Below the pieces are notes generated by a model. The model was not told the DNA's origin and made no database searches. It saw nothing but the letters and a program-made list of their open reading frames with translations. DNA of 64,000 bases from a virus. The stretch spans positions 47,940 through 111,939 of IMG/VR virus record IMGVR_UViG_3300045581_000900; one strand, written 5' to 3'. How positions within the stretch are numbered: the first letter of the stretch is position 1; each line of letters opens with the position of its first letter. This document shows positions 55,042-64,000 of this stretch, in pieces. Both the position numbers and the translations under genes were made by a program.

Positions 55042-55453
55042 CGGGATTCTCCTTGGCGTGAGAGATTTGCGGGAAACCAGTCGCCGCGAGCCATGCCGCG
55101 ACCTTTTCAGGATTCAGTTCAAACAACACGCGAACTTTGAACCGCGGCTCTCCGACGCTGAGAATCATTACTGGCGGCGGATCAAACTGCTGGTTAGCAA
55201 TCGTAAGCATCTCGCCGTGCTCGACCAGATTGGGCCAGTACTCTGAGCGTTCATAATTCCACAGGCTCGCCTCGTCAAACGCGACCGCGGCAACGAGGTC
55301 GGTGAGAGCGTTAAAGCCGAGTTTGTCTAACCCGTCCTGCGGATTGATAAAAGCACGCAGGTCGACCTCGTCTTCCAGCGTGACCTTTTTATCGGGGTGC
55401 ACGGTCAGGAGCTTGGCGAACTTCTTGACCGTATATTTGTATTTCTTGTCCAT
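55022..55453 (-). CDS. Hypothetical protein
   Basis: SD GGAGG; start MDKKYKY. Confidence 0.7.
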   Translation of the reverse strand: MDKKYKYTVKKFAKLLTVHPDKKVTLEDEVDLRAFINPQDGLDKLGFNALTDLVAAVAFDEASLWNYERSEYWPNLVEHGEMLTIANQQFDPPPVMILSVGEPRFKVRVLFELNPEKVAAWLAATGFPQISHAKENPDAASNA

Positions 55454-55596
55454 GTCGCCTCCGTGTAGAAAAAGGGCGGGCACAGCAGCCTTGGGCAAAC
55501 TGCCATGCCCGCCCCAAAAAGACCCGCGGAAGTGAGCGTCGCACCGAGTTCCCCAGTTCGACGCCCCGCGGGTTTGCTACCGGGCCATGATGCACG

Positions 55597-56097
55597 TCAG
55601 CCGAGACTGGCGAGCGGTGCACCCGGTGTGTTTGACGGCATTTTAACGGTTGGTACATGTGCGGCATACAGAGCTTCAAATTCCATCAAAATTTCTTTGA
55701 CTTCTTGGTATTTGTTTGCTGCTGCTTCTGCCGTGGCGTAACAACCAATGTAATGCGTTTTACCGTGTCTACAAACGGCAACGTGATACGGCCGAGACTT
55801 ATACTCAGGCCGATATCGTACGCCGGGCGGCAAATCTAATTTTCTCCGCCTACGTGTATTTCTCGTGTTAAGTGACACGGTAGCTGGTCGCAGATTTTCA
55901 AGCCTATTGTCGAGTCGGTCACCGTTGACGTGATCGAGCATTGGTGGCACCGTGCCATGCGTGAGTTCCCATACATAACGATGTAAACGAACTAAAGGAT
56001 TTTTGCGACCATTTGGTCGGCCAACGGCGTATCCTTTTTGCACATACCACTTGCAACGCTCAAGCACCCACGAATATTCCGAATCGACTTTGATCAT
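55597..56097 (-). CDS. HNH-AP2 homing endonuclease
   Basis: LHRYVW...LDHVNGDRLDNRLENLR...N; AP2-like GV...YIGCYATAEAAA. Confidence 0.88.
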   Translation of the reverse strand: MIKVDSEYSWVLERCKWYVQKGYAVGRPNGRKNPLVRLHRYVWELTHGTVPPMLDHVNGDRLDNRLENLRPATVSLNTRNTRRRRKLDLPPGVRYRPEYKSRPYHVAVCRHGKTHYIGCYATAEAAANKYQEVKEILMEFEALYAAHVPTVKMPSNTPGAPLASLG

Positions 56098-56471
56098 CTG
56101 CCGTACCTTTTGCACGCATAATAGCGTCCGTTACGACCTAGTGCAACGCCCTGATCAACCACGGCCCAGCCATTGCGGCTGTAGCAGCAGTTGTTCAGAG
56201 CCTCTTCGGGGCTGGACCCCATGCCGACGCCTTCGTAGCCCGAGTTGCCGCCAAAGTGCTGCATCACGCAGCGACTGGCCATCATCTCCGCCACGCCCTG
56301 TGCCGAGCCCGTGGAGCCGGCAGAACAACCCGTTGAACCAGCCGTGTAATTCGTTACACGCGGCGTCGAGGTAGTCGGGGTCGTCGTGTAGTTCGAGCGA
56401 CGCCACCGCGGAGCGGCCTCCGCCGTCGCGGCCACGCACAGAACCAGAAGGGCCATCAGAATGCGAATCAT
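56094..56471 (-). CDS. Exported small protein, CAP-like
   Basis: Signal peptide; AQGVAEMMA...H...EGVG...CCY. Confidence 0.65.
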   Translation of the reverse strand: MIRILMALLVLCVAATAEAAPRWRRSNYTTTPTTSTPRVTNYTAGSTGCSAGSTGSAQGVAEMMASRCVMQHFGGNSGYEGVGMGSSPEEALNNCCYSRNGWAVVDQGVALGRNGRYYACKRYGR

Positions 56472-56542
56472 GCAATCCTCCGTGAAAGCCTGCCGGTGGT
56501 GTGCCCGGCAAAGATGTTTTTACGCCCCACACCGGGCGAGAA

Positions 56543-56827
56543 TCACTTGTTGAACCGCGTGAGCGTCTTTACCTTGCCCGCGTCTTCGACCAGAATCCAC
56601 GTCTTCGGCCGGTCGTCTTCCTTGCTGGTAAACCCGCGAAACTCGTCGAGGTTGTAGCAGTAAGCTGCCGCCTCGAACGGGCCGTTGTCGACCACGCAGA
56701 CAATCGCCCCCATCTGCTCCTTGATAAAGAACTCGGCCTCGTCCTGCGTGATCTCGATGCCGTCCAGTTCCTTGCAGATGGTTTCGGCCTTGCCCTTGGG
56801 CTCGGCCGTCTGGATGTAATAACCCAT
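56543..56827 (-). CDS. Hypothetical phage protein
   Basis: MGYYIQ...VCVVDNGPFEAA...DDRPKTW. Confidence 0.72.
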   Translation of the reverse strand: MGYYIQTAEPKGKAETICKELDGIEITQDEAEFFIKEQMGAIVCVVDNGPFEAAAYCYNLDEFRGFTSKEDDRPKTWILVEDAGKVKTLTRFNK

Positions 56828-56856
56828 CACGTGTCCTTTCTGTAAAGAGAGAAACA

Positions 56857-57054
56857 TCAGGCCGCGAGGTCAGCGATCTTTTCCTCGCGATACTTGTTGA
56901 CGCTGTTCGCCTTCCCTGCCCACGACAGCATCGTCTCGACCGAACTTTGCGGATAGAACCGCGTGTACTCGCCCTTCACGGTGAGTACGCCTTCCCGATT
57001 AATCCCGACAATCTTGCCACCGTCAAACTCACCGCCAATGCGAAGAATGTTCAT
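56857..57054 (-). CDS. Small hypothetical protein
   Basis: SD AGGA. Confidence 0.6.
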   Translation of the reverse strand: MNILRIGGEFDGGKIVGINREGVLTVKGEYTRFYPQSSVETMLSWAGKANSVNKYREEKIADLAA

Positions 57055-57084
57055 GGAAAGTCCTTTGGGGGAAAAAGGCCCTAG

Positions 57085-57155
57085 TAGCCCGCCGAGGAGT
57101 CGAACCTCGCGTCGTTTGTTAATAAGACAAACTTGCCAACCGGTTTCCGCGGGCC
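57085..57155 (-). tRNA. tRNA-Ile (TAT)-like, with atypical D arm
   Basis: Acceptor GGCCCGC/GCGGGCT; GTTTGT-CTTATTA-ACAAAC; T arm CGAGG-TTCGACT-CCTCG. Confidence 0.75.
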
Positions 57156-57159
57156 ATAG

Positions 57160-57233
57160 TAGCCGCAGAGGGATTCGAACCCCCGACCTTCGGTATGTAA
57201 AACCGACGCACTAACCAACTGTGCTATGCGGCT
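57160..57233 (-). tRNA. tRNA-Val (TAC)
   Basis: Cloverleaf; loop TTTACAT. Confidence 0.9.
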
Positions 57234-57240
57234 ACGGTCG

Positions 57241-57486
57241 TCAGATGCCGACCTCGACTTCTACGTCGTCGGGCACGAAATCTTCTTCGGCCCGGTAGTA
57301 GCTGACGAGGTCCATCATCTTGTCTTCGATGTCCGCGACAAGATTGGCAAGATCGTCGGGCATCGAGGTGCCGTCGATAATCTCACCAGTTTCGGGGTCG
57401 ATGTTCAACCCCTCGCCGTCCCACGCGTTCTTCTTGGCGTTGTCCCACGCCGTAATCAGCAGTTCGACCTCAAGCGGCATTGTCAT
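57241..57486 (-). CDS. Small acidic protein
   Basis: SD AGGAG; start MTMPLEVE. Confidence 0.65.
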   Translation of the reverse strand: MTMPLEVELLITAWDNAKKNAWDGEGLNIDPETGEIIDGTSMPDDLANLVADIEDKMMDLVSYYRAEEDFVPDDVEVEVGI

Positions 57487-57508
57487 GTTTAGGCTCCTGT
57501 TGGGTTGA

Positions 57509-57844
57509 TCAGTCAGCAGGGAACACATAGTCGGGCGGAAGCGGGCACCAGCTTTTGGCCCGCTCCGCGTCATACGGCATCCACCACGGGGCGTCATCGG
57601 CATCGCACACGCCCCAGTCGTTGTTGAGAAACTTATTGTGGTTGATCGAGTTAATAACGCGTTCAGGCATGTCTTCCAACACCGACTCGCCGTTCTCGTT
57701 CTCGACCCAGCATTTGGTCTCCACCGTCGGATCAAACGTTCCGATGTGCAGACCGATGTTGGGCCCGAAGTAGTAGACCATCTGCCCTTCTGCGGGCAGC
57801 CGATCGCGACAGCGAACCCAGCCCCGTTCTTCAGCAGATCGCAT
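57509..57844 (-). CDS. DUF551-like protein
   Basis: WVRCRDRLP...WWMP. Confidence 0.6.
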   Translation of the reverse strand: MRSAEERGWVRCRDRLPAEGQMVYYFGPNIGLHIGTFDPTVETKCWVENENGESVLEDMPERVINSINHNKFLNNDWGVCDADDAPWWMPYDAERAKSWCPLPPDYVFPAD

Positions 57845-57863
57845 GGGCACCTCGTTATGTTGT

Positions 57864-58148
57864 TTATTCGTCTTCTTCGTGGCCGCCGAACATCTCGTCC
57901 CAGCACTTTCCACAAATGCCCGAGATCAGAAACTCCCGTTGCTCGGCTGGCAGGGTCGGGAAGCAGTCTTGGGCGAACTCGCCGGCACGGAACTTTCGCA
58001 ACGCCGCGTCTTCGACAATAACTTCTTGCTGCTCGCCGCAGTGGTAGCACGGTCCGTGAACGGCGACCTTGAATTCGGGGGCAAGGCTCGCGACATCCAG
58101 CGTGCAACAGCCCTGACGAAACGCGTATTTTTCGATCAAAAAGCTCAT
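57864..58148 (-). CDS. Zn-binding hypothetical phage protein
   Basis: CYHC...REFLISGICGKCWD. Confidence 0.7.
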   Translation of the reverse strand: MSFLIEKYAFRQGCCTLDVASLAPEFKVAVHGPCYHCGEQQEVIVEDAALRKFRAGEFAQDCFPTLPAEQREFLISGICGKCWDEMFGGHEEDE

Positions 58149-58165
58149 GGCTTCCTCGGGGTGAA

Positions 58166-58239
58166 TAGGAGCGGCGGGACTCGAACCCGCAACACAGGGA
58201 TTTTAAGTCCCTTGACTCTGCCAGTTGGTCTACGCTCCC
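58166..58239 (-). tRNA. tRNA-Leu (TAA), short variable loop
   Basis: Cloverleaf; AGGGA-CTTAAAA-TCCCT; 74 nt. Confidence 0.88.
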
Positions 58240-58240
58240 A

Positions 58241-58344
58241 AAGACAAATCGACGTAACTCCTTTGCCAGCAAGCACATATAGCGAGAAGGTTTTACCTGC
58301 TTGCTTTAAGTGCAATACTGACAAAGGGTTACGTCGATTTGCTT
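58241..58344. repeat. Long imperfect inverted repeat upstream of tRNA-Leu
   Basis: CAAATCGACGTAAC-T-CCTTTG...CAAAGG-GTTACGTCGATTTG. Confidence 0.75.
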
Positions 58345-58658
58345 CAAGAACGATTTTCTTGCTGCCGGGTTTTAATCCAGTTGAGCATGTTTTCCAGACT
58401 CCCCGTGCAGGGAGCCGGAGCGTGGTTGTAGAACCAGCCCACGTACAACCGAATCAGCGGAAGATTTGTTTCGTCCGCATGGTTGACCGCCATACGCAGG
58501 TCGTTAGAAATCACGCCCTGCAGGAAATGGCCGGGGGCAATACCCTGTACGACATACCGCCGGATCGCCTCCTGCATGTGCGGAGGAATCTGGGCGTACT
58601 CGTTCGGAAACTCACACGCGAACTCAATGGGTGGGAGGACCGTTTCCGTTCCAAACAT
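58344..58658 (-). CDS. Hypothetical phage protein
   Basis: YVVQGIAPGHFLQGVISNDL...AD...GS...W. Confidence 0.7.
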   Translation of the reverse strand: MFGTETVLPPIEFACEFPNEYAQIPPHMQEAIRRYVVQGIAPGHFLQGVISNDLRMAVNHADETNLPLIRLYVGWFYNHAPAPCTGSLENMLNWIKTRQQENRS

Positions 58659-58884
58659 AAACCTGTCCGTTCTCGTATTTGTACCACTTCACGCCGTCGA
58701 AGTGATACCGGGGTGGCTGGGGCTGCATTGCCGGCGTGGGCCCCTGCATCATAGGCTGCATAGCCACCTGTTGCGACTGCTGCTGCGGAACGCCCAGTTT
58801 TTCGTGTACCTTGGTGGCACCGAGTTGGGCGATCGGCTGGAGCAGCGGCATGAGCAACGTGAAAATCAAAATGAACAACTGCAT
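58624..58884 (-). CDS. Small exported/membrane Gln-Pro-rich protein
   Basis: SD GGAGG; hydrophobic N-terminus. Confidence 0.6.
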   Translation of the reverse strand: MQLFILIFTLLMPLLQPIAQLGATKVHEKLGVPQQQSQQVAMQPMMQGPTPAMQPQPPRYHFDGVKWYKYENGQVYVWNGNGPPTH

Positions 58885-58940
58885 CGAACACCTCCTTGCG
58901 TAAGAAAACATCGACGCCCCGGCAATCCGTTTACCGGGAA

Positions 58941-59013
58941 TGGGGCCCGTGGGAATCGAACCCACAACCTAGAGGTTAAAAGCCCCTTGCTCTGCCAATT
59001 GAGCTAGAGCCCC
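58941..59013 (-). tRNA. tRNA-Lys (TTT)
   Basis: Cloverleaf; loop CTTTTAA. Confidence 0.93.
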
Positions 59014-59030
59014 ATGACTGCCGAAGCAGC

Positions 59031-59648
59031 CTACCTGACCCGAGGGAAACTGCAGTTTCCGTTGGGGCAGTGTGATTTCATGGTAATGCCGTTTTTAGCA
59101 TTGACCGCTTTGGCGTTCGGGCCATTATAGACGCCGTCGTCGGTGTAGCCCACGTAAGGCTTCCGCGGCTGCGTCATCACCAGCCACAAACGCCACTTGC
59201 CGCCTTCTTTCTTGAAGGCCTGCACATACTCCACCTCCTCCTCGCTCGGCAAGAGCTTGGAGTTTTCGCGGTAGTACGCTTCGTCCGCTGTTGGCTCGGG
59301 CGTGTCTTGTGCCGGCAGCGTGACCTGCACAACACGAGCCGTCGCGAACGGCTGCCGAACCTCCAGAAGCTCGAAGTCTTTGACGCTGATATACGCATCG
59401 GTGTCCGCGAACAGCTTGCCGGCCTGCTGAGCAAACTCGGCACGGTCGGGCAGCGTCGGTGACAGAGACTTCATCATCCGGGGCACGTCCTCCGCGTTGT
59501 AGGCAGCGAAGTTCTCGTCGAGAGCCGCCCTGATATTGTCGGTCTCGTCGGCCCGCAACATCCGCATGCCGCCGAACAGGACCGCCGCCAGCAGGAGCCA
59601 TCGCCAAGTCGAGAAAAACACCGCGAACAGGATACGCATCATGGTCAC
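59031..59648 (-). CDS. Exported NTF2/SnoaL-like protein
   Basis: IRAALDENFAAYNAEDV...FKKEGGKWRL; C-terminal CPNGNC. Confidence 0.65.
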   Translation of the reverse strand: MTMMRILFAVFFSTWRWLLLAAVLFGGMRMLRADETDNIRAALDENFAAYNAEDVPRMMKSLSPTLPDRAEFAQQAGKLFADTDAYISVKDFELLEVRQPFATARVVQVTLPAQDTPEPTADEAYYRENSKLLPSEEEVEYVQAFKKEGGKWRLWLVMTQPRKPYVGYTDDGVYNGPNAKAVNAKNGITMKSHCPNGNCSFPRVR

Positions 59649-59821
59649 TTTCCTCCTCGTATGCAGATATCGGTAAAAGCCCCGAACAGGGCCATGCCGA
59701 GAAATGCACAGGACATGTTTACCACAGGCTCCAGATGAGTCGTTGCGGCAAACCCGATCGCTGCTCCACCAACCGTGGCTAAGAGCATGACCGCTTCACG
59801 AAAGAATCTGATCGGGGACAT
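59645..59821 (-). CDS. Small two-TM protein
   Basis: Start MSPIRFF; first gene after promoter copy 4. Confidence 0.6.
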   Translation of the reverse strand: MSPIRFFREAVMLLATVGGAAIGFAATTHLEPVVNMSCAFLGMALFGAFTDICIRGGK

Positions 59822-59885
59822 TGGTTCCCTCCTCGCCGTCAGATAATGCACAAAGTCCGCAATACAATATTGCGGGGTGCAGAGA

Positions 59886-59914
59886 ATATGCCCGGATATT
59901 GCCAAAAATTTAGC
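59886..59914 (-). promoter_or_regulatory. Phage promoter-like motif (copy 4)
   Basis: GCTAAAT-N15-GGCATAT immediately after the GT stop. Confidence 0.8.
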
Positions 59915-61039
59915 TCAGGCCGAAGCCTTGGGGGCTTCAATTTTTCGCTGTTTATATTTCTCGGGCAGCGTGTACCAGCCGTCGTCGTAAAGCTGGTGAA
60001 TCTGCGTAAACGCCTTGTCGTACCGTTTACCGCACGCCTGCAGGCTGTACGTAGCCCGGGCCTTGTCAGCGATAGCCTTGCGGTCTAGCTGGCCCACGAC
60101 CTCAATTGCCTCCAACCAGTCAAGCAGCGTCTTGCAGCGATAGCCGTTAAAGCCCTCCTGTACCGTCTCTGTAAACGCTCCGTAGTCGGTGGAGATTAGC
60201 GGTGTGCCGCAGAGCAGGCCCTCGACGCCCGAACCGCCGAAGGGCTCAATGAAGTTCGTGGGCATGATCGAGCAGATCGCGTTTCGCATGAACTCACTGC
60301 GGGCCGTGCCCATCAGCGGGCCGCGGTATTCGATATTGGGGTGTTTCCACGGAGTCGGATCGCCTTGGCCGTGGAGCACGATTTTCTTGTCAATATATTT
60401 GGCAATTTCCAGAATCGTGTCGAGTCCCTTGCAGGAGTTAATCCGACCCAGAAACGCGATATAGCTCCCCGGCTCATAACGCGGCTCCCAGTCGTCAATC
60501 TCGAAATAGTTCGGGATCACCCATTCGTAGTTCGTGCCCTGCCGGTCTTCTTTGGCACAGTGGTAATGCCGCCACGCGTAACTTTCAAAGATACGCATGG
60601 TGCCCTTCACGAGCGTCGGATACCCGATGCCGGTTTCGACATGGATATTGCCCGGGAAGTCGTGCAGCAGTCGAGAGTGAGCGTGTCCGAACGGGTGGCA
60701 GATAATGTCCTTGGGCTTCACCCGCTTTTTCATCTCGGGTACGAGCTTGGCCTCAAACGCTGTATGATGCGGCGAGCCGACGGTCGCCAGATCACCGTGG
60801 AAGTTCTTTTTATCTCGGTCGCCGATAAGTTCCTTGTACTGGGCCGTCGTGAGCATCGGAACCTTCTCAACAGCCTCGCTTTCACTGCCTTCGTTGGCGT
60901 ACTCGATGACGTCGTAGCCGTACATCTGCAGCATCTTTGCAAACCGTAAGGCCTTGCCCGTGAAGGCACAATGCGAGAACGCCTGATTGTGGACGGTATG
61001 GAAAATACCAACTAAATGAAGTGTGGGCTTGTCGGCCAT
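59915..61039 (-). CDS. Glycosyltransferase (GT4-like)
   Basis: FLGRINSCKG; EPFGGSGVEGLLCGTPLI. Confidence 0.87.
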   Translation of the reverse strand: MADKPTLHLVGIFHTVHNQAFSHCAFTGKALRFAKMLQMYGYDVIEYANEGSESEAVEKVPMLTTAQYKELIGDRDKKNFHGDLATVGSPHHTAFEAKLVPEMKKRVKPKDIICHPFGHAHSRLLHDFPGNIHVETGIGYPTLVKGTMRIFESYAWRHYHCAKEDRQGTNYEWVIPNYFEIDDWEPRYEPGSYIAFLGRINSCKGLDTILEIAKYIDKKIVLHGQGDPTPWKHPNIEYRGPLMGTARSEFMRNAICSIMPTNFIEPFGGSGVEGLLCGTPLISTDYGAFTETVQEGFNGYRCKTLLDWLEAIEVVGQLDRKAIADKARATYSLQACGKRYDKAFTQIHQLYDDGWYTLPEKYKQRKIEAPKASA

Positions 61040-61062
61040 TGTCAGTCCTTTGACAACAAAAA

Positions 61063-61548
61063 CTATTCGGCAGAAATAAACGAAAACACCTGCTGGGCGG
61101 AATTCACAGTTTGTTTAGGTTTGGCTAATTCGGCCTCTAGCTTATCCGCGGCGTCGCGAAGCTGCCGAATAATTTCGCGGCGGCTGTTGTGGCTAGTCAC
61201 GGGCAGGGTGAGTTGGTACTGACGGTGCGGCCCGAAGTTGATTTCCAGTGTGCTGTCTTTTACTGCGAGGTCTGCCGGCGTAAACAAGTTTAAGACGCTT
61301 TTGAAATACGCGTTCTCGATCGCGAGGTCGGCAACGCGTTTGGCCAGTTGCGTTAGCGTGTCGTTTTGCAGGTCGAGCCTGCGGAATATTTTGCCCGCAT
61401 GCAGACCCGCCGTAGTTAACTCTTGCAATCCGTTGATAAACATATTCAGCGTGTACAGCCCGCCAAACCAAAGCTCTGTAGGTAACGTGGTAAGTTTTTC
61501 CGGCTCGGCAGTCTTTTTGCAGCCCGCCTTACTTCCGCAGCAGCCCAT
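61063..61548 (-). CDS. Hypothetical protein
   Basis: SD GGAGG; start MGCCGSK. Confidence 0.65.
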   Translation of the reverse strand: MGCCGSKAGCKKTAEPEKLTTLPTELWFGGLYTLNMFINGLQELTTAGLHAGKIFRRLDLQNDTLTQLAKRVADLAIENAYFKSVLNLFTPADLAVKDSTLEINFGPHRQYQLTLPVTSHNSRREIIRQLRDAADKLEAELAKPKQTVNSAQQVFSFISAE

Positions 61549-61567
61549 AACGCCTCCGTGCGTAAAA

Positions 61568-61858
61568 TCACTTTGAGATATTTGGACAATCACAGCCGGC
61601 GGTTAACCGTTTGATGGCCTCGTTTAACTTTTGCATGTCTATGTCGCCCTCAAGGATTGACGGCGACCGAGACGGCGGAGCCAACGATACCGGTGCGACA
61701 CTTGGCTCACCGCCGTCTTCTTTTATCGTGTCGTACAGTGCCTGCTCTTGCTGAGCTAATGTCTTTTTGGCCGCGGCGAGATTCTGATGCATCGCCGCAA
61801 CTTTTGCAAGCGTAGCACCCAGACATTTTTGCACCAGAGCCTGATCAGCGGGCTGCAT
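61568..61858 (-). CDS. Hypothetical coiled-coil protein
   Basis: SD GGAGG. Confidence 0.6.
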   Translation of the reverse strand: MQPADQALVQKCLGATLAKVAAMHQNLAAAKKTLAQQEQALYDTIKEDGGEPSVAPVSLAPPSRSPSILEGDIDMQKLNEAIKRLTAGCDCPNISK

Positions 61859-62180
61859 TAGAACTGTCCTCCAGCGGCAAGAATCTCCGACGACGTTCGC
61901 GGCGTTCGCAATGCGTGACGGGCACGGAAACAGGAGATTGGTTGGCGGCCTGAGCCGCCACGATTCGCTCCAACTGCTCCCGGCGGATAGCTTCGTGTTG
62001 CCACATCTGTAGAAACATCTCAGCCCGGTCTTGTGTGCGTTGTTCGTGCTGCTGTTTCATCCGCATGCGACGCCGTTTTGTTTCAGCCATTTCAAACAGA
62101 ATCAACGGAAGACTGATACACGCCATCACGCTGACAACCAGCAAAACAAAAACAGCTTCATTTGGCGAATTGGGCGTCAT
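61845..62180 (-). CDS. Single-TM protein
   Basis: TM followed by a charged helix. Confidence 0.55.
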   Translation of the reverse strand: MTPNSPNEAVFVLLVVSVMACISLPLILFEMAETKRRRMRMKQQHEQRTQDRAEMFLQMWQHEAIRREQLERIVAAQAANQSPVSVPVTHCERRERRRRFLPLEDSSNAAR

Positions 62181-62745
62181 AGCAATTAGCACATACGGGC
62201 AGGTACTTTTCTTCACAACCTAGTTCAACAGATGGGCCGGCAAGGGTTGGTTTGCCGTCGAGCAGTTTAAGGTTGAAGATCGCCTTCCGCAAGCAATAGT
62301 GACAGATTGTTTTGATTTCTTCAAGACTGTCGGCAAGCTCTAGCAGCCGCTGCGAAGCTGGGAAAAGCTGGCGGCGGAAATCCGTACGCAGCCCGTAGCA
62401 AATCACGGGTATCCCGGGCATTGGTTTGGGATCGACCGCGGCGTGCGTAATAAAACGCAACTGATCTATCGCGTCGGGGTGCAGAAACTGTGCCTCGTCC
62501 ACGAGAATGCACGTTATGTCGTCCAAAGCCGGCAGAAGAATCTTGCCGTCAGCGGGGGCCAATACGTCAGCCGGCATCTCAAGCCCAGCCCGCGTTTTGA
62601 TAGCATCTAAACCAAATCGCGTGTCGAGGGCTGGTTTGACTAGCAAGACCTCTTTACCCTGCTGCCGATAGTTGTGGGCGACCGCAAGAAGATTCAGCGT
62701 TTTCGCACTGCTGACCGTGCCGTATCGGAAATAGAGTTTGGTCAT
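62158..62745 (-). CDS. tdk: Thymidine kinase
   Basis: YFRYGTVSSAKT, ILVDEAQF, YGLRTDF, C..C...Y.PVC..C. Confidence 0.93.
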   Translation of the reverse strand: MTKLYFRYGTVSSAKTLNLLAVAHNYRQQGKEVLLVKPALDTRFGLDAIKTRAGLEMPADVLAPADGKILLPALDDITCILVDEAQFLHPDAIDQLRFITHAAVDPKPMPGIPVICYGLRTDFRRQLFPASQRLLELADSLEEIKTICHYCLRKAIFNLKLLDGKPTLAGPSVELGCEEKYLPVCANCYDAQFAK

Positions 62746-62747
62746 TT

Positions 62748-63287
62748 TTAACAAAGTTTATACGTGTATTTCAGCGTGTAAATGATGCCCGCAGGATTAT
62801 CGAGCCGCGGGTCTGGCCCGCCGCCGAGGTTTGTTACCGTTCCTGAAATTAAATTAGCTCCGCCGGGGACAAGGGTGTTAAGCGGCACGGCTACGGGAAC
62901 GCCGTCTACACGATTAAACGAGGCGGGTATATTTGCCGTAACACCGTTCACTGAAATCGTGGCAAAGTTATCGGCCGCAACGCGAAAAACAACTGAAGTG
63001 ATTGCGGCATTTGCCGGCACAGAAAATGAGTGATTAAGTGAAAACGTCTCTGTTTGTGTTGGATTCGCTACAAGATATGAAGACCAAATCCAAATACTAC
63101 CGGACAGCGTAGGGCCGTTATCCGCCGTCCAAAAAGGGCTGCCGTCAAACGTCGGTACGCCGTTGCTACCAAACCCGCTGCGAACATATGCCGTGTATTC
63201 CGGGCAATCACAGCAGCAACTTTGAGCCGCGGCTAAACCGCCTGACCGAACAAGCAGTTTTCCGTTGTACAGATAAAGCGGGCTCAT
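62748..63287 (-). CDS. Beta-sandwich (carbohydrate-binding-like) probable tail protein
   Basis: CCCDC N-terminal motif; WIW...AADN...NG...NPAG. Confidence 0.6.
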   Translation of the reverse strand: MSPLYLYNGKLLVRSGGLAAAQSCCCDCPEYTAYVRSGFGSNGVPTFDGSPFWTADNGPTLSGSIWIWSSYLVANPTQTETFSLNHSFSVPANAAITSVVFRVAADNFATISVNGVTANIPASFNRVDGVPVAVPLNTLVPGGANLISGTVTNLGGGPDPRLDNPAGIIYTLKYTYKLC

Positions 63288-63293
63288 ATTCGC

Positions 63294-64000
<707 letters not shown>

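Noticed and set aside
55468-56155. Group I intron hosting the HNH gene
   Set aside because: No interrupted host gene or P7 core could be identified, and the flanking ORFs look complete.

Overview
The window reads as a 64-kb piece of a large (jumbo-type) tailed bacteriophage genome. It is fairly GC-rich, uses the standard genetic code, and every gene I can support lies on the - strand. The left ~45 kb holds a rearranged bacterial-type multisubunit RNA polymerase (beta fused to the N-half of beta-prime, C-half separate, both Zn sites lost). It also holds many probable virion/internal proteins that share recurring K-x-A and AFxFG motifs and glycine zippers, modular polyproteins carrying enzymes (2H phosphoesterase + NUDIX; poxvirus D6/D11-like SNF2 helicase), a protease-rich candidate lysis block, a volactin-like actin, a ferritin and glycosyltransferases. 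The right ~19 kb holds small early-type genes in units bounded by a 4x exact promoter-like motif (GCTAAAT-N15-GGCATAT) and a conserved terminator tail (T7-9AGCTATC). It also has six tRNAs (a seventh is at 26.2 kb), a tmRNA, a D-armless tRNA-like RNA, several unnamed structured RNAs, thymidine kinase and tail-fibre genes. The best candidate for an undescribed system is a capsid-packaged, protease-released cargo set: RNAP, helicase, nucleotide-signal-degrading enzymes and Gly-zipper membrane proteins. All family assignments come from motif recognition by eye, with no database searches. A Planctomycete host is a weak inference only.
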